From a bacterium (GTDB lineage Bacteria > Patescibacteriota > Minisyncoccia > Phycocordibacterales > UBA6899): a DNA stretch of 64,000 nt. The stretch covers positions 14,572 through 78,571 of the forward strand of contig JAJZQJ010000005.1 in the NCBI GenBank assembly GCA_021851895.1. The letters are read 5' to 3'. The translations under genes were made by a program, and so were the position numbers. How positions within the stretch are numbered: the first letter of the stretch is position 1; each line of letters begins with the position of its first letter. The notes under the pieces were generated by a model. That model ran no database searches. It was not told where the DNA came from and saw only the letters and a program-made list of their open reading frames with translations. Below are positions 47,280-57,649 of this stretch, piece by piece.

Positions 47280-49472
47280 TTAATTAACTACAGGGGTCGA
47301 AGTTGCGTCAGACTCAGTGCGTATGACGGGCGGAGTTGCGACGACGATCTCAGTGTTCGATACCGGCGTCTTTGGTTGGTTACGTGTATTGTCAACGAGT
47401 CTACGCGCAAGTGCAGTGAGGTCGAAGGTTTGTGCACCATCGACGCTACTGCCCACCATACGCATTTGCCCATTGGCATCCTCTTCATTCCACACGAGTG
47501 CAACTCTTGGAGATTCGCTCTTCACTCCTGGTTTCGAAACGCGATGAGCGACACCTGTTGTGATGTCGTATGCGAAGACCTGCCACACACCATCTTCGAT
47601 CGCCTGCCACGTGATCGTATCACCAGAGACATTCGGGAACATATCCGGTGCGTTATTCGCAGTAATGCGCTTCACCAACCAGTCACCGTTCACTCCTACT
47701 GCACGATGATCAGCAGACAACGCATCATCAGGTATTTTCTCTGGAGATGGAGCAGCAGTGAATATTTCCCAATTTCCATCTACCCATGCTTGCCATGCGA
47801 TTCTTCCGCCGTACACTTTGGGATTGAAATTATTATCTCCGCTAGTGAGATACTTCACCTTTGGTACTCCAACATCATTCACGTGCGCATATGCGATTTG
47901 CCACTTACCATTCTGCATTGATTGCCATACGAGCGTATCGCCAGATGGATCAAGAACAGGGAAAACGTTGTCATCCGTTCCATGCGTAAGCTGTATGGTG
48001 CTTGCGCCACGCACAAGGAAAATCTGTTTATTTCCCGTCGACGGATCCGGCTGGACAACCACGGAAATCGAGCGCTCGTTCGCGATCACTGGCGAACCGA
48101 ACGACTGTGCATCAGGGATACAGTAATAACCCGTTCCATCGAGATTCTTACAACCCCGATAGACCTCTTGCTCCACTTCCCTACGCACCTCTTGTTTCAC
48201 CTCATCACGTACTTCATTACGTAACTCACCGCGCATCTCGTTGCGCAACCGCGCACGAATCGCATCGATGTTACCGATGACCTCATCAGGTGCGACATCG
48301 AGGATCGGCGTCTCCCCGTCGGCTGTTGTTGATGCAACAGTCTCTGTTTGCATGGTCTCATCAACGACGATCGTCGTAGATGCAGTACTTGACGATGCGG
48401 TGTCGATGATCACAGGAGGTGGCGTCTCGATAGCGCCCTCTGACGATGAGGTCGAAGAATCTGATGATGAGGTATCCGACAGTGCCGCACCGCCACCCGA
48501 TGAGACAGGTTGAGTAACCGGCGCTGGATCAGCGACTTCCTGGGTTGTACCCGAAGCGTCACTCGAAGAAGCGGGGGTCTCTGTGGTTGGCGTATCCGAA
48601 GCGAGCTTGTCTGTTGTACTTCCAGAATCTACGACCGGAAGCGAATCGGTTGCCGAGCTCGCTACTGGTGCAGGTGTCGGATCGGATTGCGTAATCGCTG
48701 CAACGTCGTTGCCACCACCCTGCGCTACCGACTGCGGAGCACCAGCATTTGCGTCTGCAGTCGGTGCAGTCTGGACATCTTGCGATGTTGGAGAATCTGC
48801 AGCATTAACGGTTTGAGTATCTTGCGCTGCCGCTGCATCAGCAGAAGATGGCGCAGCTGATTGACTTACGTCAGAGGACACAGAAGGAGCCGCAACGGCA
48901 GCAACATTCGAACTTACGTCAGATTCTGGTGCAGAAGCTGGCTGAGTGTTGTCTGCAACGGAAGTGCTCGGTGCATCACTGGATCCAACGATCGCTGCGA
49001 CATCACTTGCGACACGATCAGCAAGTGGCGCCTCATCTGCGTATGCAGGAGCGAGCGGAGCAATGAGCATTGCAGGTATGAGTAACCATGCGAAGAAACG
49101 CGCAAGAGGAGATGCGGGTTTGACTGCTGCAACACGAACATCACTACCCGAGAGAGCTGCGTCGATAACTCTTCGCAGAGCGCCTTCATCTTTTCGCGCG
49201 TGCGCGTATGCGTGCGCGCTCGCGCGCGCCTGCGCGTGCGCACGCGCGCGCGTAACAGAAAAACTTCGAACGGTCAAATCAGCGGATTTTGCATCACGCG
49301 AAAGGTTTGTCCCCCCACCTGTTACTGCAGTTACAGACGCTTTTCTTTGGGAAAGCAGAATAGCCCCACCCGTCTTCGGGGAGGAGGTGTGCTGCACAAG
49401 CCTTGTTGGTGGCGGTTTTATACCACTACGCGGCAAGTGAACAATACTGTTTTCCGGTTCGTATTTCATCAT
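47280..49472 (-). CDS. Membrane-anchored protein with a low-complexity stalk and C-terminal TolB/WD40-like beta-propeller
   Basis: Repeated DxxPxxSGDxxxWQ blades at the C-terminus; one TM after a ~130-aa cytoplasmic N-terminus. An alternating-CG tract at 49196-49260 lies inside the coding sequence. Confidence 0.55.
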   Translation of the reverse strand: MMKYEPENSIVHLPRSGIKPPPTRLVQHTSSPKTGGAILLSQRKASVTAVTGGGTNLSRDAKSADLTVRSFSVTRARAHAQARASAHAYAHARKDEGALRRVIDAALSGSDVRVAAVKPASPLARFFAWLLIPAMLIAPLAPAYADEAPLADRVASDVAAIVGSSDAPSTSVADNTQPASAPESDVSSNVAAVAAPSVSSDVSQSAAPSSADAAAAQDTQTVNAADSPTSQDVQTAPTADANAGAPQSVAQGGGNDVAAITQSDPTPAPVASSATDSLPVVDSGSTTDKLASDTPTTETPASSSDASGTTQEVADPAPVTQPVSSGGGAALSDTSSSDSSTSSSEGAIETPPPVIIDTASSSTASTTIVVDETMQTETVASTTADGETPILDVAPDEVIGNIDAIRARLRNEMRGELRNEVRDEVKQEVRREVEQEVYRGCKNLDGTGYYCIPDAQSFGSPVIANERSISVVVQPDPSTGNKQIFLVRGASTIQLTHGTDDNVFPVLDPSGDTLVWQSMQNGKWQIAYAHVNDVGVPKVKYLTSGDNNFNPKVYGGRIAWQAWVDGNWEIFTAAPSPEKIPDDALSADHRAVGVNGDWLVKRITANNAPDMFPNVSGDTITWQAIEDGVWQVFAYDITTGVAHRVSKPGVKSESPRVALVWNEEDANGQMRMVGSSVDGAQTFDLTALARRLVDNTRNQPKTPVSNTEIVVATPPVIRTESDATSTPVVN

Positions 49473-49531
49473 TACGGACCACGATGGGCAGCCACCCATC
49501 AATGATCACCATAAGGACGATTGCATATGGG

Positions 49532-49638
49532 TGTGGATAACTCCTGCAAACGTCTTAACTATATTTTACCGCGGAACAGAGCGCTTTTTTGGTTTTTATC
49601 CACATGTTATTCAATTACAACTGCAAAAGTTATCCACA
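49532..49638. promoter_or_regulatory. Cluster of three perfect DnaA boxes (TTATCCACA) with an adjacent AT-rich tract: candidate oriC or DnaA-regulated site
   Basis: tgtggataa at 49532-40 (reverse), ttatccaca at 49596-604 and 49630-38, AT-rich DUE-like tract at 49696-49740. Located next to gyrB. Confidence 0.5.
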
Positions 49639-49873
49639 GTTTTTCACCAGAACACCTTGTCATTGGTACTAACATATTTGATGGCTCAACAAACAAATAT
49701 ATATATTTATATAGTATACTTAGTGTGATATTGACGAGCTTACAAATGAGTGTCATGAAAAATTCCTCACCACTCATTGAGATACCCGTGCGAGGCAAAA
49801 ACGTTCAACTATACAAGCACTGATTACACCCCCATATGCTTGCAATTTTCAAGAAACATGTATGGAAATTCAA

Positions 49874-49904
49874 CAAAAAAAACAACTGACCTTGTCAGTT
49901 GTTT

Positions 49905-49906
<2 letters not shown>
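49874..49906 (-). terminator. Rho-independent terminator of gyrB
   Basis: aacaactgac-ctt-gtcagttgtt with a U-run on the minus transcript. Confidence 0.6.
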
Positions 49907-52169
<2,263 letters not shown>

Positions 52170-52173
52170 TCAT

Positions 52174-52494
52174 ATGCGACCAGAGAATGCCACCGGCTGG
52201 GTCGGCAGGAAATTCCTGTTCGTCGCCCTCCTGCACAATGTTCCAGGGCAGATGCCCAAAGAGATTCCCAAAATATTGATCGAAGGGACGATCACCGGAG
52301 TGCTTGTTGATGACAAGACTGGTGCGACACACATCGAGGTGTCAAATCGCTTCGTCTACATACACAACCGTTCATTCCCAATCGTGCGACAAGTGATCGT
52401 CATGGAAAAAAACAAGAAGCCGTATCTCCACTTCGATGCACAGCGGGACACGGGAAGCGAACGCTTCACTGGCGAGTTTATGCTCGCTGAATGA
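52174..52494 (+). CDS. Hypothetical protein (106 aa)
   Basis: Strong RBS aaaaggag...ggaggtcatATG and its own terminator. Confidence 0.45.
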   Translation: MRPENATGWVGRKFLFVALLHNVPGQMPKEIPKILIEGTITGVLVDDKTGATHIEVSNRFVYIHNRSFPIVRQVIVMEKNKKPYLHFDAQRDTGSERFTGEFMLAE

Positions 52495-52495
52495 C

Positions 52496-52519
52496 AAAAC
52501 CAGCCAAGGGCTGGTTTTT
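52496..52519. terminator. Bidirectional Rho-independent terminator
   Basis: aaaaccagcc-aag-ggctggtttt. Confidence 0.6.
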
Positions 52520-52525
52520 CACTTA

Positions 52526-54487
52526 CTACGAACGCACATCAAATCGAGCATCTGCTGCGCGAAGCGCTGCGACCACCTTCTCAGCTACGGTATTCGCCTC
52601 ATCATCAGAAAGTGTTCTCTCATTACTTTGCAGCGTCATACGAAATGCAAAGCTCTTCTTCCCCTCCTCAGGTTTCTCGAAAACATCAAAGAGTGCAAGA
52701 TCGATGACAAGCGGCCCCATAACAGAGCGAATGATCTCATCGATAGCTCCGACACGAATCTCCATCGGAACCCAGAGGGCAACATCGCGCACTACCTTTG
52801 GATACTTGCTTGGAGCCACATAGCGATACTGCTCCTCTTTGGAGACAAGCTGCACTAGTACATCAAAGTCGATCTCAAAACCCTGCACGTGGAGCACACC
52901 GATCAAAGTTTTGCCTACGTAGATCTCTGCTGCAACATCACCGCCGCATTCCTTATACGTGAACCCCTTGAGGCCACATGCTCTTGCGAGCGCGTCGAGT
53001 ACACCTTTAAGTTGCACGAAATCATTCTTCACTTCTGCTTGCTTGCGCTTTTGGAATCCGATAGCGGCCGCGAATGAACGATTCTCGGAAACCTTTCCAT
53101 CGTTCTTGCCAAAGACCGATCCAAATTCAAAGATGCGTACTACATCCTTGTATTTTAAATTCTCTGCCAACGATTCACGAAGTCCATGCGATAGATTATT
53201 GCGGAGAGCCTTGCGATCCGAGGCCATCGGATTGCGGAGCTCCACTTCCCCGAGATTGTTGAACGAATAAGTATACACCTCAGAAAATCCTGAAGCGAGC
53301 ATGACCTCGCGAGCTTTATCACGAAGTGTCCAAAAAAGATTCTGCGTAGGAGCAATAAGTGGCTCCAAAGGAAGTGTACCAACAAGTCCTTCAAGACCGA
53401 CAAGACGACAGACTTCCTCGGCGAGATCTTCCTTGATTGTGATATCCAAACGCTCATGCGGAACAACGATCGTCCAAACACTGTCCTCCCCCTTGCCCTT
53501 CACCTTCGAAGAGAATCCGAGACGCTTCCAGATACGAGATACCTCTGCAGCATCATAATGTGCACCGACGATACGTTCGATCTGTGCGAGTGAAACCGAG
53601 ACCGTACGCTGCTTTGGAAGCGCAGCCCCTTTTATCACAGGAATACCAGGAATGACTTCTTTACCTCCTGCGATGTCGATGATGATACCTGCAACCATAG
53701 CGAGCGCCTCATCGACGTAATATGGCGTCATGCCCTGCTCAAAGCGCTTCGCTGCATCGGTGCGGAGGTTGTAGCGCTGCGCAGCTTTACGCACCGTCGC
53801 ACCATCGAAGTTTGCAGACTCAAGGACTATAGTCTTTGTATCTTTATTGACCTCTGCTATCGTTCCCCCTTTCACACCTGCGACCGCAAGCGGTGACTGC
53901 TTATCTGCAATGACAAGCGTGCCAACATCGAGAGCTATCTGCTTCCCGTCAAGCGTTGTGATCTGCTCGCCCTCCTTTGATGCGCGGACGACGATCTTCT
54001 TTCCGGAGATCTTCGCATAGTCAAATGCGTGCAGCGGTTGCCCCATCATGTAAAGCACATAATTGGTCGCGTCAACGACATTATTGATCGAGCGCGCCCC
54101 AAGTGTCTCCAAAGCATCCTTTAACCATTTTGGTGAAGGACCTACAGAGATATTATCGAGAACGAGTGCAGCATAGCGTACAGCTCGTTTGTCTGCAATT
54201 TGTACATCGATCTTATGAGCTTTTGCGCTACCCTTTTGGAGCTTTACGGCAGGAGTCTTCTTAAGCGGGATATTTAGCACAGCGGAAACCTCCTTCGCCA
54301 CACCCCGATGTGAAAGACAATCATGTGCACGGTTGGGAAGCACTTTCACATCAATGAGCGTATCGCCCTTTTTCGCTTCGATCCCTTCAATTTCAAAACT
54401 ATGCGCCGTAAGCTTCGCCGCAATGATGTCCGCCTTTGGAAGCGGCTTATCGAAATATGTTTGGAGTAATTTTCGAGAGATAAGCAT
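52526..54487 (-). CDS. pheT: Phenylalanyl-tRNA synthetase beta subunit (short form)
   Basis: B3/B4, FDX-ACB and C-terminal anticodon-binding-like domains. 653 aa, shorter than the canonical ~800 aa. Confidence 0.85.
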   Translation of the reverse strand: MLISRKLLQTYFDKPLPKADIIAAKLTAHSFEIEGIEAKKGDTLIDVKVLPNRAHDCLSHRGVAKEVSAVLNIPLKKTPAVKLQKGSAKAHKIDVQIADKRAVRYAALVLDNISVGPSPKWLKDALETLGARSINNVVDATNYVLYMMGQPLHAFDYAKISGKKIVVRASKEGEQITTLDGKQIALDVGTLVIADKQSPLAVAGVKGGTIAEVNKDTKTIVLESANFDGATVRKAAQRYNLRTDAAKRFEQGMTPYYVDEALAMVAGIIIDIAGGKEVIPGIPVIKGAALPKQRTVSVSLAQIERIVGAHYDAAEVSRIWKRLGFSSKVKGKGEDSVWTIVVPHERLDITIKEDLAEEVCRLVGLEGLVGTLPLEPLIAPTQNLFWTLRDKAREVMLASGFSEVYTYSFNNLGEVELRNPMASDRKALRNNLSHGLRESLAENLKYKDVVRIFEFGSVFGKNDGKVSENRSFAAAIGFQKRKQAEVKNDFVQLKGVLDALARACGLKGFTYKECGGDVAAEIYVGKTLIGVLHVQGFEIDFDVLVQLVSKEEQYRYVAPSKYPKVVRDVALWVPMEIRVGAIDEIIRSVMGPLVIDLALFDVFEKPEEGKKSFAFRMTLQSNERTLSDDEANTVAEKVVAALRAADARFDVRS

Positions 54488-54489
54488 AA

Positions 54490-54517
54490 GTAAGAAGTAA
54501 GAAGTAAGAAGTAAGAA
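54490..54517. repeat. Heptamer tandem array (GTAAGAA)x4, family B, abutting the pheT ATG
   Basis: cat-aa-gtaagaa gtaagaa gtaagaa gtaagaa ggttgaa. Inverted partner at 54926-54957. Confidence 0.85.
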
Positions 54518-54537
54518 GGTTGAAATACCTATCTTTC

Positions 54538-54888
54538 TTACTCATTCGGATAAGTTCCACAAAGCGAATAAAGCATTTTGGCGAGCTCGCCAAGAAGGGA
54601 TTCTAGTTCTGAAATATTCTCAACATAGCCTAGGCGATGGGCAATCTCGAGCTGAGTTTCAACTTCAGCCACCGACCCAAGCGCAATCGAATAAAATCTC
54701 TGTCTATCTTTTTGAGTATTTCGCCTATAGCCTTCTGCAATATTTGATGGCGCTGAAATCGCAGCTCTCTGAATTTGAGAACTCAAAGCATATTGCTCAT
54801 TTTTTGGAAATGTACTTGTCAGTTTATACACAAGCACAACCATATTCATGGACTTCTGCCACACGATCAAATCTTTATAACCATTCAT
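54538..54888 (-). CDS. Four-helix-bundle protein of the 23S rRNA intervening-sequence protein family (PF05635/TIGR02436-like)
   Basis: DLIVWQKSMNMVVLVYKLTSTFPKNEQYALSSQIQRAAISAPSNIAEGYRR...FYSIALGSVAEVETQLEIAHRLGY matches the hallmark pattern of this family. Flanked by inverted heptamer arrays. Confidence 0.75.
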   Translation of the reverse strand: MNGYKDLIVWQKSMNMVVLVYKLTSTFPKNEQYALSSQIQRAAISAPSNIAEGYRRNTQKDRQRFYSIALGSVAEVETQLEIAHRLGYVENISELESLLGELAKMLYSLCGTYPNE

Positions 54889-54902
54889 AATATTGCTTTT
54901 GA

Positions 54903-54957
54903 GAGTGAAGTAGTTGTGAGAATTTCCTTCCCACTTCTCACTTCTTACTTCTCACTA
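54903..54957. repeat. Heptamer array (ACTTCTC/ACTTCTT)x3-4 plus inward GTGAGAA units, complement of family B, beginning at the pheS stop codon
   Basis: gtgaagtagttgtgagaa-tttccttccc-acttctc acttctt acttctc act. On the minus transcript this reads TAG-TGAGAAG-TAAGAAG-TGAGAAG-TGGGAAG. Confidence 0.8.
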
Positions 54958-55773
54958 TATTGTATCGAACTGATCCACGAGGCGAAGGTCGCCATTGTAA
55001 AGTGTGCGAATGTCGGGAATTCCCCACTTCAACATGACGAAACGATCGACACCGCCACCGAAAGCAAAGCCCTGGTACTTATTCGGATCAATACCGCCAG
55101 CGCGAAGCACGTCAGGATGCACCATACCCGCACCCATCACTTCGATCCACTTTTCCACCTTTCCCTTATCATCTGTCCAGCCGATGTCGATTTCAACTGA
55201 TGGCTCGGTGAATGGGAAATATGATGGGCGAAAACGCACCATCATCGGTCGTCCGAAGAGGCGTGCAAAAAAGAGTTCGAGCATACCTTTCAAGTTCGCA
55301 AGCGAAACATCTTTACCGATCATGAGACCTTCGAACTGATGGAATTGCGCCTCGTGGGTGGCATCTGTTGCTTCATAGCGAAACACCTTACCCGGTGCAA
55401 TGATGCGGATCGGCGCACCCTGCTTCTCCATATGACGTATCTGGACCGGTGATGTATGCGTACGCAAAAGAAGACGCTCGAGTCCGCGAGTATCTTTCAA
55501 CCAGAACGTATCCCACATATCACGTGCGGGGTGATCTTTCGGAATATTGAGCGCATCAAAGTTGTAGTGTTCGGTCTCGATCTCTGGGCCATCTGCGATA
55601 CTGAAGCCCATAGAGCCGAATATGCTGTTGATGTCGCGCATCATGATCGAGACAGGATGCATATGCCCGCGCTCTCCCCCCTTTCCAGGGAGCGTTGCGT
55701 CAAGGCCAATTTGCTCTCGTGAATACATAGTGAATTCATCATAGCACACGGAGAAACATGCGTAAAATGGCAT
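54955..55773 (-). CDS. pheS: Phenylalanyl-tRNA synthetase alpha subunit (short form, 272 aa)
   Basis: Class II core (FRPSYFPFTEPS, GAGMVHP) is present. Start set at MPFYACF (55773) because the upstream extension overlaps a conserved plus-strand paralog gene. The N-terminal coiled-coil extension is absent. Confidence 0.75.
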   Translation of the reverse strand: MPFYACFSVCYDEFTMYSREQIGLDATLPGKGGERGHMHPVSIMMRDINSIFGSMGFSIADGPEIETEHYNFDALNIPKDHPARDMWDTFWLKDTRGLERLLLRTHTSPVQIRHMEKQGAPIRIIAPGKVFRYEATDATHEAQFHQFEGLMIGKDVSLANLKGMLELFFARLFGRPMMVRFRPSYFPFTEPSVEIDIGWTDDKGKVEKWIEVMGAGMVHPDVLRAGGIDPNKYQGFAFGGGVDRFVMLKWGIPDIRTLYNGDLRLVDQFDTI

Positions 55774-55848
55774 TTTTTCAACGTTTCCTTGATGTGCAAG
55801 ACTTACCATGCTAGCCTGACTGTAGAGAAAGTTCACCAGAAAGGACCC

Positions 55849-56403
55849 ATGATCAGCACCCCTTCCCCGCGCCGCATTGTCAAAGTCTCCCTCGACTCGA
55901 TCGTCAGTTTCGACAACGAGGCAATACTCGCTGCGAAGAATAGCGACGAAGCGTGTCGCATCGCGGAACACCTCCTCGCTCGCCTCGAAAAGATACGAGC
56001 ACCAAGACGTTACTTCGAGCTCGCACTCAAGAACAGCCTGATGAAGAGACCGGAAATGCAGAAGCGCCACTACTTCATCATGCATGACCGAAGCGTACTC
56101 AAGGTCGCAGTCCGGTTCGGGAGGCACGCCACCACGAAAACGCGCGAGAAGCTGATCACTATCGCAGGCTACTTCGGGATGTATCGTCTTCTTAAAGAGG
56201 TCATCTCTGATTTGCGTAATACCGTGATGACGAAGCAGGAATTCCTTGCAATGACCGTCCATTTCAGCGTGTCGAGCGAAACGATGGATGAGCACGCGCT
56301 CGGAATGATTCGCGATGCTGAAATCGCACACGGTGAAGCATTCGCTAAAACGATCGAGGACGCTCTCGCTACTCGATACCAAGAATGGAACGAACTTCCA
56401 TGA
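55849..56403 (+). CDS. Hypothetical helical protein, paralog 1 of a tandem pair
   Basis: RBS agaaagga. 184 aa, alignable with the next gene (GRHATTKTREKLITIAGYFGMYRLLKEV versus GKHANMEIKERIVLVARRFRDYKLLKLTV). Confidence 0.45.
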   Translation: MISTPSPRRIVKVSLDSIVSFDNEAILAAKNSDEACRIAEHLLARLEKIRAPRRYFELALKNSLMKRPEMQKRHYFIMHDRSVLKVAVRFGRHATTKTREKLITIAGYFGMYRLLKEVISDLRNTVMTKQEFLAMTVHFSVSSETMDEHALGMIRDAEIAHGEAFAKTIEDALATRYQEWNELP

Positions 56404-56413
56404 CATGTCCTTG

Positions 56414-56436
56414 CCGCACGATCGTGCGGTTTTTTC
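56414..56436 (+). terminator. Rho-independent terminator
   Basis: ccgcacgatcgtgcgg followed by tttttt. A TTGCAA-17-TATGGT promoter follows. Confidence 0.55.
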
Positions 56437-56509
56437 TTGCAAAGTTTTATGTCTCATGTTATGGTATCCCTCCCGAGATAGTTCTTTAACCACCACAAGG
56501 AGCCCATAC

Positions 56510-57079
56510 ATGGGAAGCTCTCTTCGCGCCAATAGAAGCGGCCTTATGCCGCTACGCACACACCTCGACTTCGACATGAAGTCGATTCTCGAGATGAGTC
56601 CGAGGATCGGACTCGCCCTCGCTCAGCACACCATGCGAAAGCTCGAGATCATGGAGGCGCCCGACTGGGCCTTCGAACGATTCGCAGAGCACTGCCTCCT
56701 TGAGCTCCCGGAGTTCCAATCCGGCTGGATCATGCAGGCACAATCCAAGGACTTCTTCATGCTTCTCCTTTCGTGTGGAAAACATGCGAATATGGAGATC
56801 AAGGAGAGGATCGTCCTCGTCGCGCGCAGGTTCCGAGACTACAAGCTGCTCAAGCTGACCGTGGGAACACTGCTCGTAAGGCCGCTCTCCCCTTTCGAAT
56901 TCGAAGAGGCGGCTGAGCTTCTCCATATCACGAGCCGTGATTTCAGTGAGACCGCGAGCCTCATCACGATCGATGCGTTCAAGACACATGGCCTTGAGCT
57001 CCGATCGAAGATCAAGGAGATCCTCAAGAAAAAGGCCGACGTCGAACTCCTCGAGGAAACCGCCATTGCGGCGGTGTGA
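56510..57079 (+). CDS. Hypothetical helical protein, paralog 2
   Basis: Perfect RBS aaggag 7 nt upstream, own promoter and terminator. Confidence 0.5.
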   Translation: MGSSLRANRSGLMPLRTHLDFDMKSILEMSPRIGLALAQHTMRKLEIMEAPDWAFERFAEHCLLELPEFQSGWIMQAQSKDFFMLLLSCGKHANMEIKERIVLVARRFRDYKLLKLTVGTLLVRPLSPFEFEEAAELLHITSRDFSETASLITIDAFKTHGLELRSKIKEILKKKADVELLEETAIAAV

Positions 57080-57083
57080 AATG

Positions 57084-57108
57084 CAGCACCCTAAGGGGTG
57101 CTTTTTGT
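57084..57108 (+). terminator. Rho-independent terminator
   Basis: agcaccc-taa-ggggtgct followed by ttttg. Confidence 0.55.
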
Positions 57109-57141
57109 TATTAGGTGAGATAAGGTGTCGCATTCCGAGAT

Positions 57142-57163
57142 GAGCCACCTGCAGGACTTGAAC
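57142..57163 (-). repeat. Partial copy of the tRNA-Thr 3' end (att-like scar)
   Basis: gagccacctgcaggacttgaac versus the tRNA gagccacctgtcaggcttgaac. Confidence 0.5.
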
Positions 57164-57192
57164 AAAACTCGGCTCGCGCACCTGGGGGGGTG

Positions 57193-57209
57193 TGGAGCCA
57201 CCTGTAGGC
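57193..57209 (-). repeat. Second partial copy of the tRNA-Thr 3' end (CCA + acceptor, 17 nt)
   Basis: tggagccacctgtaggc, identical to the tRNA 3' terminus over 13 nt. Confidence 0.5.
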
Positions 57210-57467
57210 TTTCATGTCGCGATGCCGCGCACCCCAGAGGGGCCCCGCACGGCCCTGCTCCTCGATCTCCTTACAGGAGCTGTACACCTTTTGGATCTTT
57301 TGTTTCGAAGACTCACAAAAGTTCTCAAAAGGTCTTGCGCTCTCGCTCCCATAAGAATAGGGCCCATGAGCGAGAGCTCACCCACAGTGCTCGACGGAAT
57401 CCTTTTGCGGCAAAAGGATTCCTGCTCTCCTAGACGGGGAAGGTACCCCTTCCCCGACCCCCTTCCA

Positions 57468-57486
57468 TTCAAGCCTGACAGGTGGC
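57468..57486 (+). repeat. Inverted 19-nt copy of the tRNA-Thr T-arm and acceptor 3' strand
   Basis: ttcaagcctgacaggtggc is the exact reverse complement of 57529-57547. The two copies flank the tRNA terminator hairpin. Confidence 0.6.
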
Positions 57487-57493
57487 CCAAAAA

Positions 57494-57523
57494 CAAAAAC
57501 CCCCTTGCGGGGGTTTTATGTTT
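57494..57523 (-). terminator. Rho-independent terminator of tRNA-Thr
   Basis: aaaaccccc-ttgc-gggggtttt followed by atgttttt. The hairpin is symmetric. Confidence 0.6.
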
Positions 57524-57524
57524 T

Positions 57525-57600
57525 TGGAGCCACCTGTCAGGCTTGAACTGACGACCTACGGTTTACAAAACCGTTGCTCTACCAACTGAGCTAAGGTGGC
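57525..57600 (-). tRNA. tRNA-Thr (anticodon UGU), CCA encoded
   Basis: Reverse complement reads GCCACCTTAGCTCAGTTGGTAGAGCAACGGTTTTGTAAACCGTAGGTCGTCAGTTCAAGCCTGACAGGTGGCTCCA. 7-bp acceptor, D-arm GCTC/GAGC, anticodon loop TTTGTAA, T-loop TTCAAGC. Confidence 0.85.
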
Positions 57601-57649
57601 AGGTGTACGAGCAATCATTCGATTGCCCGTACAATATAACCGAAAATGA

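Noticed and set aside
55774-56577. Upstream 268-codon extension of the pheS ORF
   Set aside because: It has no similarity to PheS N-terminal domains and overlaps a plus-strand gene that has a recognisable paralog next door. PheS is therefore called from MPFYACF.
57130-57490. tmRNA (ssrA) hypothesis for the plus strand: 5' GCCACCT ... 3' TTCAAGCCTGACAGGTGGC-CCA about 360 nt apart
   Set aside because: The acceptor stem is that of tRNA-Thr (no G3:U70 Ala identity pair). No resume codon or tag-peptide ORF ending in AA-stop was found. The ends are better explained as att-like duplicates of the adjacent tRNA.
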